Of a stretch of 60,089 nt of DNA, positions 1-9,575 are shown one piece after another. Both the position numbers and the translations under genes were made by a program. Within the stretch, counting starts at the first letter, position 1. The number at the start of each line of letters is the position of its first letter. The notes beneath the pieces were generated by a model. It saw only the letters and a list, made by a program, of their open reading frames with translations. It searched no databases and was not told the origin of the DNA. The stretch is from Robiginitalea sp. Lineage in GTDB: Bacteria; Bacteroidota; Bacteroidia; Flavobacteriales; Flavobacteriaceae. Location: contig JARRQA010000005.1 of NCBI GenBank assembly GCA_037382325.1, positions 1 through 60,089 on the forward strand, given 5' to 3'.

Positions 1-86
1 AGCTTCACATTGTCTACATAGCCGATTTTGTCCTGCTGACAACCCAGTAAGAAAAACGCCGCGACCGGAAATATCCAATTCTTCAT
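1..86 (-). CDS. OmpH/Skp-family protein, 5' part only (runs off the window edge)
   Basis: Manual translation from ATG at 86: MKNWIFPVAAFFLLGCQQDKIGYVDNVK. Lipobox-like LLGC followed by the KIGYVD motif typical of the OmpH N-terminus. TATTTTTG promoter element at 111-118 (-). Confidence 0.7.
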   Translation of the reverse strand, partial: MKNWIFPVAAFFLLGCQQDKIGYVDNVK

Positions 87-320
87 TATATCTGCTTTAG
101 TTATTTGCCGCAAAAATAGAAAAGCTTTTGGGTTGATGCGATAAAGGCCGGAAATTTCTTGAATTTTACATTTTATAAAAACATTGGCGTCCTCTATTGT
201 TTTTCTGTTTTCTATAGATATATCTTATTCTGGAAAGCCCCTATAGTTCAGCCTGAGACGTCCTTTTTTCACATAAGCACCATGTATTCCATTCGGGTCT
301 TGTTTGGGGCTGAGACGGCT

Positions 321-1157
321 TTATTTGGCTTCTTTTTGCAGTATATAAACATGGGAGGAGTATTCGCCGGAAACAAGACCCGCGAGATTCGAAAGTAAGC
401 CGATGACAAACCCTAAAAGGGGTGCAAGCCATTTTTTTCGGTAGGTCTCGGAAAGCCAGGAAATGTAAAATGCGTCGAGCCATAGCGGTTTTACGGATAA
501 CAACTCGTATCCTTTAGGGGTAAACAAGTGTTTTATGGAGTCCCTGGAAAAATGCCACAAATGCCTGGGAACATCAAATGCCGCCCAATGTTCTTTGTAG
601 AATTTGGCGTCCAAAGATTTGTAATTCGGAACGGCGATAACAAGATGCCCCCCGGGTTTCAGGGCGGCTGATATTTCATCTATGCTTTCTTCGAGGCTTC
701 TGAGGTGTTCAAACACATGCCAAAAAGAAATCACATCATAAGCAGGCTGGTTTTGTACAGCGAGACTTTTGTAGACTGAGACCCCCTTTTGATGAGCCCG
801 TTCCCTGGCCTGGTCATCCGGCTCCACTCCATAGGCCTCCCATCCCCTTTCCTGAGCATATTTAAGAAAGTCACCTGTCCCGGCCCCAACATCCATCAAA
901 ACCCCCTCCCCTTTCAGAAGCTTCTGAACAATTCGGAACTTTCTTTTCAAGTTGATCCTTTTTGCCCGCTGATAAATCTTCTCCAGAAATGTTTCGGCCC
1001 GGTCTGAATGCGAAATATACTCCGGACTTTTGTAATAAATTTTCAGGTCGTCCGGTACGGGGGCCGTTTGCAGACATCGGTATTCCTCATTCCAGAAAAG
1101 CTCGAATTCTTTTCCAGAAACCAGGAAGTCCTTTGTCTTTAAATAGGGCTCTTGCAT
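321..1157 (-). CDS. Class I SAM-dependent methyltransferase
   Basis: 278 aa with motif I (MDVGAGTG), YGVEP, DVISFWHVFEH, LKPGG and DVPRHLWHFS. Confidence 0.85.
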   Translation of the reverse strand: MQEPYLKTKDFLVSGKEFELFWNEEYRCLQTAPVPDDLKIYYKSPEYISHSDRAETFLEKIYQRAKRINLKRKFRIVQKLLKGEGVLMDVGAGTGDFLKYAQERGWEAYGVEPDDQARERAHQKGVSVYKSLAVQNQPAYDVISFWHVFEHLRSLEESIDEISAALKPGGHLVIAVPNYKSLDAKFYKEHWAAFDVPRHLWHFSRDSIKHLFTPKGYELLSVKPLWLDAFYISWLSETYRKKWLAPLLGFVIGLLSNLAGLVSGEYSSHVYILQKEAK

Positions 1158-1224
1158 CGGAGGGCAAATTACATGTTGGGCAACTCTACTTTATAAGTCT
1201 GAAGCGGCTTTCTGGTTTTTATAA

Positions 1225-1240
1225 GGTTCCACGTGGAACT
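1225..1240. promoter_or_regulatory. parS centromere-like site (variant)
   Basis: GGTTCCACGTGGAACT contains the perfect 14-bp palindrome GTTCCACGTGGAAC and matches the parS consensus TGTTNCACGTGAAACA in the core. It overlaps the mnmG stop codon. Confidence 0.7.
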
Positions 1241-3107
1241 ATCGGCCTAAAAAAACCAGCAGTACGCTTATGTCGCTCGGGGATACCCCGCTTATCCGTG
1301 ACGCCTGGGAAATGGTGGCTGGTTTAATTTTGCTTAGTTTTTCCCTGGCTTCCATTGACAGGGATGACAACTTCCTGTAATCAAAGCTTTCGGGGATTTT
1401 GATGTTCTCGAGTCTCTGGAGTTTGTCAGCATTTGCCTTTTCTTTTTCTATGTAACCGGCATACTTAACCTGAATTTCGGCCTGCTCCAAAACATCCTCC
1501 CTCATGCACTTTTCCCTGATAAAATTTGAGACTCGTTCCAGTTGCATCATATGCTCCATCTTAACTTTGGGCCTGGAAAACACCTTGAAGAGTTTGTCTC
1601 CCTGATCAACTTCCTTAGAACCCACTGAATCGAGAATAGGGTTTATTTCATCCGGTGTGTAACTGGTCTTTTTAAAAAACCCTACAAGTTCCCCTGATTG
1701 CTCTTTCTTTTGTTCAACCAACCGCAGCCGTTCTTCAGATGCCAGACCCAAATTATAAGATTTTTCGGTGAGGCGGAGGTCCGCATTATCCTGTCTTAAA
1801 AGCGTTCTGTATTCCGCTCGTGAAGTAAACATTCTGTAAGGCTCTTCCGTTCCCTTCGTAATTAGATCATCGATCAAAACCCCAATATAGGCCTCGTCCC
1901 GGCGCAACACAAAAGGATCCCTTTCCCTAAGTTTCAAGTGCGCATTTATTCCAGCCATCAGGCCTTGTGCGCCAGCTTCTTCATATCCGGTAGTTCCGTT
2001 AATCTGGCCCGCGAAATAAAGGTTTTCAATGAGCTTTGTTTCCAGTGTATGCTTCAACTGTGTTGGGGGAAAATAATCGTATTCAATGGCATACCCAGGT
2101 CTGAAGAATTTAACTTTCTCAAATCCTTCTACCGAGCGCAGCGCTTTAAATTGGACGTCTTCCGGAAGGGAAGTGGAAAATCCGTTCACATAGACTTCCA
2201 CAGTATCCCAGCCTTCTGGTTCAACGAAAATCTGATGTCGTTCTTTGTCCTTAAATCGATGGATCTTGTCTTCAATGGAGGGGCAGTACCTGGGCCCTAC
2301 GCTTTGAATGCGGCCATTAAACATCGGCGACCGTTCAAACCCTTCCCGAAGCAGGTCGTGCACTTCCGGACTGGTATACGTCATGTGACAATCCCTTTGC
2401 TCCTTTAGCCTTGGGGTTGGCAAAAAAGAAAAATGACCAGGAATATCATCCCCCGGTTGTGGGATCATTTTTGTATAATTCAAACTCCTGCCATCCACTC
2501 TTGGCGGAGTACCTGTCTTCATCCTGCCGGAATCGAAACCATATTCTTCGAGCTGTTGGGTGATCCCTGTTGCGGCCCGTTCTCCCGCTCTTCCTCCCCC
2601 AAAATTCTTCTCGCCTATATGAATGAGCCCATTAAGGAAGGTGCCATTGGTAAGTATTACTGACCTGGCAGATATTTTTATGCCCAGGGATGTTTCAACG
2701 CCAACCACTTTTTGACCCTTAACAAGGATGCGCTGAACCATTTCCTGGTAAAAGTCAAGGTTTTCTGTTTGTTCTAAAGAAATTCTCCACTGCTCCGCGA
2801 ATCGCATTCGGTCATTCTGGGATCTGGGACTCCACATGGCGGGTCCTTTGCTCTTATTAAGCATTTTAAACTGAATGGCGGATCGGTCGGTTATTACGCC
2901 ACAATAACCCCCTAACGCATCGATTTCCCTAATAATTTGTCCTTTCGCGATTCCCCCCATAGCCGGATTGCAGGACATCTGTCCTATGGTCTGTAAATTC
3001 ATGGTTACAAGCAGGGTTTTAGAACCCATGTTTGCGGAAGCTGCTGCTGCCTCACATCCTGCGTGTCCACCTCCAACTACAATTACATCATAAACTTCTG
3101 AAAACAT
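1239..3107 (-). CDS. mnmG: tRNA uridine-5-carboxymethylaminomethyl(34) synthesis enzyme MnmG (GidA)
   Basis: 622 aa with VVGGGHAGCEAA, MSCNPAMGGIAKG, GPRYCPSIEDK, AGQINGTTGYEEA and EEPYRMFTSRAEYR. Confidence 0.98.
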   Translation of the reverse strand: MFSEVYDVIVVGGGHAGCEAAAASANMGSKTLLVTMNLQTIGQMSCNPAMGGIAKGQIIREIDALGGYCGVITDRSAIQFKMLNKSKGPAMWSPRSQNDRMRFAEQWRISLEQTENLDFYQEMVQRILVKGQKVVGVETSLGIKISARSVILTNGTFLNGLIHIGEKNFGGGRAGERAATGITQQLEEYGFDSGRMKTGTPPRVDGRSLNYTKMIPQPGDDIPGHFSFLPTPRLKEQRDCHMTYTSPEVHDLLREGFERSPMFNGRIQSVGPRYCPSIEDKIHRFKDKERHQIFVEPEGWDTVEVYVNGFSTSLPEDVQFKALRSVEGFEKVKFFRPGYAIEYDYFPPTQLKHTLETKLIENLYFAGQINGTTGYEEAGAQGLMAGINAHLKLRERDPFVLRRDEAYIGVLIDDLITKGTEEPYRMFTSRAEYRTLLRQDNADLRLTEKSYNLGLASEERLRLVEQKKEQSGELVGFFKKTSYTPDEINPILDSVGSKEVDQGDKLFKVFSRPKVKMEHMMQLERVSNFIREKCMREDVLEQAEIQVKYAGYIEKEKANADKLQRLENIKIPESFDYRKLSSLSMEAREKLSKIKPATISQASRISGVSPSDISVLLVFLGR

Positions 3108-3111
3108 AGCT

Positions 3112-3531
3112 TTAATGTTTCACGTGGAACATCTGTATCATTTCCTCTTCTTTTGCCCGCATTTGCAGCTTTTCTTCAGGAGCGCTGTCTTTAAAACCCA
3201 ACATATGCAGCACACCATGTATCATAACCCTTTTCAGCTCATTTTCAAAAGGAACCTGGTACGTTGCTGCATTATCCCTGACCCTGTCCACAGAGATATA
3301 AATATCCCCTGCTATGAAGGGATGTTCTCCGTATTGGAAAGTAATAATATCTGTGTAGAAATCGTGATTCAGATAGCGTTGATTAATCCCGAGCAACTCT
3401 TCGTCTGAACAGAAAATATATTGAAGTTGTCCTTCGTTTCGCTTAAAAGATTTTAAACACGAAATAATCCATTCGGTATATTCCGGATGGTTTTCCAACT
3501 TAAAATCAGTCAGGTAGTGGTATGTTATCAC
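3112..3531 (-). CDS. ybeY: rRNA maturation RNase YbeY
   Basis: 139 aa with TDIITF, GDIYIS and the RVMIHGVLHMLGF zinc motif. Confidence 0.95.
   Translation of the reverse strand: MITYHYLTDFKLENHPEYTEWIISCLKSFKRNEGQLQYIFCSDEELLGINQRYLNHDFYTDIITFQYGEHPFIAGDIYISVDRVRDNAATYQVPFENELKRVMIHGVLHMLGFKDSAPEEKLQMRAKEEEMIQMFHVKH
3116..3131. promoter_or_regulatory. parS centromere-like site embedded in the ybeY 3' end
   Basis: TGTTTCACGTGGAACA (minus strand TGTTCCACGTGAAACA) fits the parS consensus and encodes most of the YbeY tail MFHVKH. Confidence 0.88.
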
Positions 3532-6500
3532 TTTGATTGAAATAAAGTTTTACCTTCTTACGATAAATTCCGCGCAAAGGTAATACCTGTCGATTCAAAA
3601 ATTCTATTTCATCCTTGCTTCTTTTAAAACCCTCTGGTCTGGTCATTATTGGATTCGTAAAAACATCTTTGTTCGTCCTGCTTTCTCTCTCTTTCCGTTC
3701 GCCCTGTTGCAAGGTTGCATTTTCTAATTGCATTAACTGTTGCTGGATCCGATTAAGGCGTTCCGCGGTTCGCTCTGTAATACCGTTCCGAAGGAGTTCT
3801 TCTTCAAAAAGCTCCATTTCCCGGGATATCCTTTCACCCAGTTTACGATCCCCTTCGTTAATCAGGTTCTCTAACTGCCTTTCGAGTTGTTGTCGGATTT
3901 TTTGTTGCTCCTTGTATATCTCAAAGAATTCAGCATAGGATTCCTCGTCGCCTCCAGGTTGCCCGGATTTACCCTTACTTTCGCCAGAATTACCCTCTCG
4001 ATTTCCATTTTCTTTCGCGTTTTTTCCCTCTCCATCACCGCCTTCGCCGGAAGGATCCTGTGCCTGTCCTTCGGACTTATTCCCTTCGCTTCCGGTAGAT
4101 TCCCCGTCCTGAGGTCCCTTTTGATTCCCCTGATTAGACCCTTTCCCCTGCTCTTGCATCGCCCTCTGTCGTAGCTGTTCCTGGCTCTGAATAATGTCTG
4201 GCAACTGGAAATCACCGCTTCCTCCTTCACCCTGTCCGGGTTGCAAGGATTGTTGCATATTGTCAAGCAGGTCCGCAAGGAAGGCAGATAATTCGTTGGT
4301 AGCAGTTATAACATACTGCTGGTAGGACGCCCCCCTGTACCAGTTGTTGTCGCCCATGCTTTCCAGTCCCTTGTCTATATTGTAGTAAACCTCCGTGATT
4401 TGTTTATTGATTATTTCAGATATTTCAGCCCTGCGCAAGGAGAGGGCGAAAAGGCTGTCGTCCACATGTTCGAATAAAGCCCGCAACTCCTTTTGTTTCT
4501 TAATGTCTGCTGAATGGCTCGCTGCGCTCTCGTCCAGGTCCTGTACCTTACTGAATAAAGTCTCTTGCTCAATAGAAAAGGTAATAAGGTTATCGAGAAT
4601 CTGACGAAGCATTTCTGCGTCCTCCGCGATGGACTGGGAGCCGCCCATGGAGGCCCCCTGATCCAGGGCCTCGCTTAATTCCTGTAATTTCCTTGCGGCT
4701 CCTTTTTGCTTGTCCTTTATTTCTTTGCCCTCTGCAGGATTCTCCTCCGCCTGAGGCTTGTCTTCTTTCTCATCTAATCTTTTCAGCGCTTCTTCCTGAT
4801 CCCTCTGAATGGATTCCTCTTTAAGTTCCTCCCGTTTCCAGGGCTGGGGCTTTTTTAAGGCTTCGTTATCCTTTTCTAATTGCTCGAGCTGCTTACGCAC
4901 TCCCCTAAATTCCTCATTTAGCTTATCTTGTTTTTCTTTTAAGGGTTTGTCCGATATACTCGAATTTGCCAACGAATCCTGCCGTTCCGATAGGTTTTTA
5001 AGTTGTCGTGAGAGCTGTCTTGATTTCTGTTGTACGTAATACCGTTTTGTAAGCTCCAGGAGTTGTTGCATGTTTCTTTGGTTGCCCCGTTGATTCTTAG
5101 AAACTTCTTCCATCCGTTCTTCAAAGGCTTCCTGGTCTAGTTTGTCAAGGACTTTCTGGATCTCTTCCATAAGGGCGGCATTTTTTCTCGCCTGGGCTTC
5201 CTGACGCTCTAATCGCTCTTTAAGCAACTCCTTTTCTTCATCGGAATTACCCTCCTGCATACTTTCAGCCAGTTCCCGGCTGAATTTTTCCATAAGCTTT
5301 TCCTGTTTCTCCTGACGCTTCAGAAAATCCTTTAATTTCTGCTTGTCCTCAAAATCAAGAGCTTCTTTTTCCTTCCGAAACTTTTCTATCTCTTTTAAGC
5401 TTTCATCCAGACGCTCTTGTTCTTTCATGGTCTTCTCAAAGCCCTGTAGCAGCCCCTCCTGATATTCAAGCATTTGCTTTCTGAGTTCTGCATCATTGAG
5501 GACGCTAAGTCTGAATTCCCGGCTTCTCCTGGCTTTTCCACCCCTGTTGCCATCATTGTCCCGAATCATAAAATAAAGAATGTAATCTTTGCCTTTCTGA
5601 ACTTCTAACCCGCTGGGATATGTGTAATAAAACGAATGGTATGTTGTATGGGATACGGGAAGTTCCAAAACCTGCTTGCGCGATTCTTCCCCTGAGGGAT
5701 AGGTTATAACCTCCAGGGAAGCAATGCCGTAATCATCGGTAATGTTGCCGGCAAAATACGCCACGTTCGGATCCAGGGAATCCCGTTCCATGTCCACCCT
5801 GATTTCCGGAAACTCATCCGGCACCACCTCTATGCGGTAGTTAAGTTTGTCATACTCCCCCACGTCCTGGTTGGAGGCGCTGATCGTATAATTTGTGCCT
5901 TTCCAGATCCGCCTTTGAAAAGTTACATTTCTGTCTCCTGAAGGAGCCTGCAGAAGGGTGTCCTGGTCCAGATATCTCAGGCTGTCTGCATGTACGGTGC
6001 TCAGGTTCCAGGTCACTGTTGTTCCCTCAGGCAGGGTAGTGTTTCCGGTCCCGCTGATGCGCTCGTCCCCGCGGCCGAGATACGCGGGATACTCGAATTT
6101 CATTTCGAACTGATCGATAACCGGGATTTTAAGCACCTCCAAATCAAAGGTGCGCGATGAGATTCCGGCTGCCTGGAAATTGAATTGTGTGGATTTTAAG
6201 GGGGGTTGAAAAGTGTATTCAAAATGATTCCCTGATTTCTCCATGATCATGGGGGTTCCATCAAGAATGAGTTTCACCTGTTCCGGTTGCTCCTGCCCAA
6301 TAGTTGTAAGTTTCAGCGCGAAAGGTTTGTCTTCCCGCTGACGCAGTGTGGGGTTTAATAATTCGAACCGGAAAGGGGCCGGCGGCTCAAAAGCCATCTC
6401 GTATTTAACTACCCTTTCGTAAGACTCAAAGAATTCGATCCCACGCCCGCTCAGCCAGATTAAAAGAATAAGCAGCGCCGGTATAATCGCATACCTGACG

Positions 6501-6796
6501 TACTTGTATGCCTCGCGCATATTGATCGCCCGCTGAAAAGGCACCTTCATCAGGTCCTGGGAGCGTTGTTCTATGCTGGCCAGCAATAGTTCCGTCTTTT
6601 TTCGATGTTCGGCAAGCTCAAGGAGGTTATAAAGCGTATCGTTTACTTCAGAGAAGTGTGTTCCTATGATTCTGGAGCCCTCCTTATACGAAAGTCCTTT
6701 CCGAAGCCTGAACATATACAGCAAGGGCAGCGCGATGTATCGAAGCAGGAGAAATCCCTCAAGCAGGATTCCAAACCAAAGCAACAGGCTGCGCAT
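3506..6796 (-). CDS. DUF4175-like large membrane-anchored coiled-coil protein, apparently 5'-truncated
   Basis: 1096 aa with N-terminal TM segments, Ig-like middle (YPAYLG, ITDDYG, IRDNDG), long Q/E/K coiled coil and a G/Q/S low-complexity linker. It starts abruptly inside a TM region. Overlaps ybeY by 26 bp. Confidence 0.7.
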   Translation of the reverse strand: MRSLLLWFGILLEGFLLLRYIALPLLYMFRLRKGLSYKEGSRIIGTHFSEVNDTLYNLLELAEHRKKTELLLASIEQRSQDLMKVPFQRAINMREAYKYVRYAIIPALLILLIWLSGRGIEFFESYERVVKYEMAFEPPAPFRFELLNPTLRQREDKPFALKLTTIGQEQPEQVKLILDGTPMIMEKSGNHFEYTFQPPLKSTQFNFQAAGISSRTFDLEVLKIPVIDQFEMKFEYPAYLGRGDERISGTGNTTLPEGTTVTWNLSTVHADSLRYLDQDTLLQAPSGDRNVTFQRRIWKGTNYTISASNQDVGEYDKLNYRIEVVPDEFPEIRVDMERDSLDPNVAYFAGNITDDYGIASLEVITYPSGEESRKQVLELPVSHTTYHSFYYTYPSGLEVQKGKDYILYFMIRDNDGNRGGKARRSREFRLSVLNDAELRKQMLEYQEGLLQGFEKTMKEQERLDESLKEIEKFRKEKEALDFEDKQKLKDFLKRQEKQEKLMEKFSRELAESMQEGNSDEEKELLKERLERQEAQARKNAALMEEIQKVLDKLDQEAFEERMEEVSKNQRGNQRNMQQLLELTKRYYVQQKSRQLSRQLKNLSERQDSLANSSISDKPLKEKQDKLNEEFRGVRKQLEQLEKDNEALKKPQPWKREELKEESIQRDQEEALKRLDEKEDKPQAEENPAEGKEIKDKQKGAARKLQELSEALDQGASMGGSQSIAEDAEMLRQILDNLITFSIEQETLFSKVQDLDESAASHSADIKKQKELRALFEHVDDSLFALSLRRAEISEIINKQITEVYYNIDKGLESMGDNNWYRGASYQQYVITATNELSAFLADLLDNMQQSLQPGQGEGGSGDFQLPDIIQSQEQLRQRAMQEQGKGSNQGNQKGPQDGESTGSEGNKSEGQAQDPSGEGGDGEGKNAKENGNREGNSGESKGKSGQPGGDEESYAEFFEIYKEQQKIRQQLERQLENLINEGDRKLGERISREMELFEEELLRNGITERTAERLNRIQQQLMQLENATLQQGERKERESRTNKDVFTNPIMTRPEGFKRSKDEIEFLNRQVLPLRGIYRKKVKLYFNQSDNIPLPD

Positions 6797-6879
6797 GCCC
6801 GAATTAAGCTTTCATATCTTTAGTACCAAGATAGCACGAAGCCTTTAATTCAACGGCCAAAAACATGTTAAAAGCCGGT

Positions 6880-7923
6880 ATGAATTCGTTCAAATACCTC
6901 GCTGCATACACGATTCCCCTTTCCGCTTTTATCGGGATTTCCCAGGGACAGTTCTGGTATTACCTGACCCCCGTTTATGCCTTTATGCTCATCCCCCTGC
7001 TTGAAGTTCTATTGCCGGAGGATGAAAAAAACCTGGAAGCCTCCGAGAAAAAACAGGAGGCAATTAACCCGATATATGACTGGATGTTGTATGCCAATAT
7101 CCCTATTGTTTACGCCCTCATCTGGCTGGTGGGAACGAAAGCCAGCTCCGGTTTCCTTTATCCTTTTGAATACGTCGGCATGGCTTTGTCCCTGGGCATT
7201 GTTTTGGGTACCAATGGCATTAATGTAGGTCATGAGCTGGGCCACAGGCAATCCTCCCCGGTCCGTTTTCTCGGCAAGCTGTTGCTCCTTCCCAGCTTCT
7301 ATATGCATTTCTATATAGAGCACAACTTTGGCCACCACCAGAATGCCGCCACCAAAGAGGATCCGGCGACGGCCAGATACAACCAGCCGGTATACCATTT
7401 CTGGGTTACCTCTGTTACACGTCAATATCTCAATGCCTGGCGGATACAAAAAACCCTGCTGAAGCGGGCCGCTCGGGGGTTCTTTTCGAAGTACAACGAC
7501 ATGCTGTGGTATTTGGTCATCCAGGCAATTTACCTGACCGCTCTTTATGTGCTGTTTGGCGCCTTTGCTGCGGGTTTTCTGGTGGTTTGCGGAATCATCG
7601 GGTTCCTGTTGCTGGAAACCGTGAATTATATCGAGCATTACGGGCTTCTGCGAAAAAAACTGAAATCCGGCAGGTACGAGCGGGTTCGACAAATCCATTC
7701 CTGGAACAGCAACCACATCATGGGTCGTATTGTCCTCTATGAATTAACGAGGCACAGTGACCACCACTATAAGTCCTCAAAAAAATACCAGCTTCTGGAT
7801 TATAACGAGGCGTCTCCGGAAATGCCTTTCGGCTACCCCACTTCCATGGTCCTTTCCCTGTTTCCTCCCCTTTGGTTTCGAATCATGAACCCCAGGGTGC
7901 CCTCGGAAATGAAAACCAGCTGA
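6880..7923 (+). CDS. alkB: Alkane 1-monooxygenase (AlkB, membrane di-iron family)
   Basis: His boxes GHELGH, EHNFGHH, NYIEHYGL (HYG motif) and LTRHSDHH, with several TM helices. Start is ATG 6880 or 6865. Confidence 0.85.
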   Translation: MNSFKYLAAYTIPLSAFIGISQGQFWYYLTPVYAFMLIPLLEVLLPEDEKNLEASEKKQEAINPIYDWMLYANIPIVYALIWLVGTKASSGFLYPFEYVGMALSLGIVLGTNGINVGHELGHRQSSPVRFLGKLLLLPSFYMHFYIEHNFGHHQNAATKEDPATARYNQPVYHFWVTSVTRQYLNAWRIQKTLLKRAARGFFSKYNDMLWYLVIQAIYLTALYVLFGAFAAGFLVVCGIIGFLLLETVNYIEHYGLLRKKLKSGRYERVRQIHSWNSNHIMGRIVLYELTRHSDHHYKSSKKYQLLDYNEASPEMPFGYPTSMVLSLFPPLWFRIMNPRVPSEMKTS

Positions 7924-7953
7924 GGCCTTTCTTGTTTCTAGGCTTTCCGTGTC

Positions 7954-7961
7954 TATCTTTG
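7954..7961 (+). promoter_or_regulatory. Bacteroidota housekeeping-sigma -7 element for gltX
   Basis: TATCTTTG (TAnnTTTG) ends 16 nt before the gltX ATG. Confidence 0.7.
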
Positions 7962-7977
7962 TCCCTAAAATTTCGCT

Positions 7978-9495
7978 ATGAAAGACTCTGTTCGTGTCAG
8001 GTTTGCCCCCAGCCCAACAGGACCGCTTCATATAGGCGGGGTCCGAACAGCCCTGTTCAACTACCTTTTCGCCAGGAAACACGGAGGAGCGTTCATCCTT
8101 CGCATCGAAGATACCGATCAAAACCGGTATGTCCCGGGAGCTGAAGCCTATATTGTCGAATCCCTGGAATGGCTTGGCATCCCGTTTGACGAGGGCCCCG
8201 GGAAGGCTGGAGAACTCGGGCCTTACCGACAAAGTGAGCGCATAGACCTATATCAAAAACACGTCGTGGAGCTTATTGAGTCGGGATGGGCCTACTACGC
8301 CTTTGATACGACTGAAGAGCTGGACGGGTATCGAACGCAACAGGAAAAACAGGGAAAAACCTTTACTTACAACTGGGAAAACAGGGAGCGCCTTAATAAT
8401 TCCCTTTCCCTTGGCAAGGATGAGGTTGCGGAAAGGCTGAATCGCGGAGATGCCTATGTCGTCCGCTTTAAATGGCCGATGGATACCGTGGTCAACCTCA
8501 GGGATATAATCCGTGGGGAAATCCGTATCGACGGGAACACCCTGGATGACAAGGTGCTGTTTAAGAGCGATGGGATGCCCACGTACCACCTGGCAAACAT
8601 CGTGGACGACCACCTGATGAAAATAAGTCATGTAATCCGAGGGGAGGAGTGGCTTCCCTCCCTTGCCCTGCACCATAAACTATATGAGGCTTTTGGCTGG
8701 AATCCCCCGCAATTTGCCCACCTCCCGCTGATTATGAAACCACGGGGCAAAGGCAAGCTGAGCAAACGGGATGGTGAAAAACTAGGGTTTCCCGTATTTC
8801 CCCTGACGTGGAAAGAAAGTGAAGGCTACCGGGAAAGCGGCTATTTCCCCGAGGCTGTCCTGAATTTTCTGGCGATGCTGGGCTGGAACCCGGGCACAGA
8901 GCAGGAGATGTTTACAAAGGAAGAGCTTATAACCGCTTTCGACCTGGGCCGGGTACAGAAATCCGGTGCCCGCTTTGATCCGGAAAAAAACAAATGGTAT
9001 AATCACCAGTACTTGCAGCTAAAGCCCCTTTCGGAGCTCGTGGCACTTTTCAGGCCCGTACTGACTGAGCACGTTAAGGAGGCCGATACTTACTCCGAAG
9101 CCTACCTTACCAAGGCCATCGGCATGATCCGCGAAAGGGCATCCTTTGTTCGCGAATTATGGGATCTCGGGTCCTACCTGTTCCGGGCCCCTGAAGCCTT
9201 TGAGGAAAAAGCTGTGCGAAAACAGTGGAAACCGGAAACCCCGGCGCGCATGAAGGAGCTCGTCTCTGTGCTGAGCCCTCTGGAGGATTTTAGGTCCTCC
9301 TCCTCCGAAAAGGCTGTCAAGGAGTGGCTGACAGCTTCAGGGCTGTCTTTCGGCCAAGTTATGCCCCCGCTTCGGTTAGTCCTTGTTGGCGCCATGAAAG
9401 GACCGCACCTCTTTGACATCATGGAGCTACTGGGAAAGGAAGAGACCCTCAACAGGATTGAACGCGCACTTCAAGTCCTGGGAACCCCCGCATAA
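7978..9495 (+). CDS. gltX: Glutamate--tRNA ligase
   Basis: RFAPSPTGPLHIGG (HIGH), LRIEDTD, HVIRGEEW and KLSKR (KMSKS). Confidence 0.98.
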   Translation: MKDSVRVRFAPSPTGPLHIGGVRTALFNYLFARKHGGAFILRIEDTDQNRYVPGAEAYIVESLEWLGIPFDEGPGKAGELGPYRQSERIDLYQKHVVELIESGWAYYAFDTTEELDGYRTQQEKQGKTFTYNWENRERLNNSLSLGKDEVAERLNRGDAYVVRFKWPMDTVVNLRDIIRGEIRIDGNTLDDKVLFKSDGMPTYHLANIVDDHLMKISHVIRGEEWLPSLALHHKLYEAFGWNPPQFAHLPLIMKPRGKGKLSKRDGEKLGFPVFPLTWKESEGYRESGYFPEAVLNFLAMLGWNPGTEQEMFTKEELITAFDLGRVQKSGARFDPEKNKWYNHQYLQLKPLSELVALFRPVLTEHVKEADTYSEAYLTKAIGMIRERASFVRELWDLGSYLFRAPEAFEEKAVRKQWKPETPARMKELVSVLSPLEDFRSSSSEKAVKEWLTASGLSFGQVMPPLRLVLVGAMKGPHLFDIMELLGKEETLNRIERALQVLGTPA

Positions 9496-9575
9496 GGGTG
9501 TAACAAATTCGAATTTTTTAAGACAAATCATTAGATCAGTCTTTGTATCTTCCTTAAACTTTAGCAAGTAACGCC

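Noticed and set aside
3930-4260. G/Q/S/E-rich stretch in the DUF4175-like gene as a DNA repeat
   Set aside because: It is a low-complexity protein linker with no exact tandem nucleotide unit.
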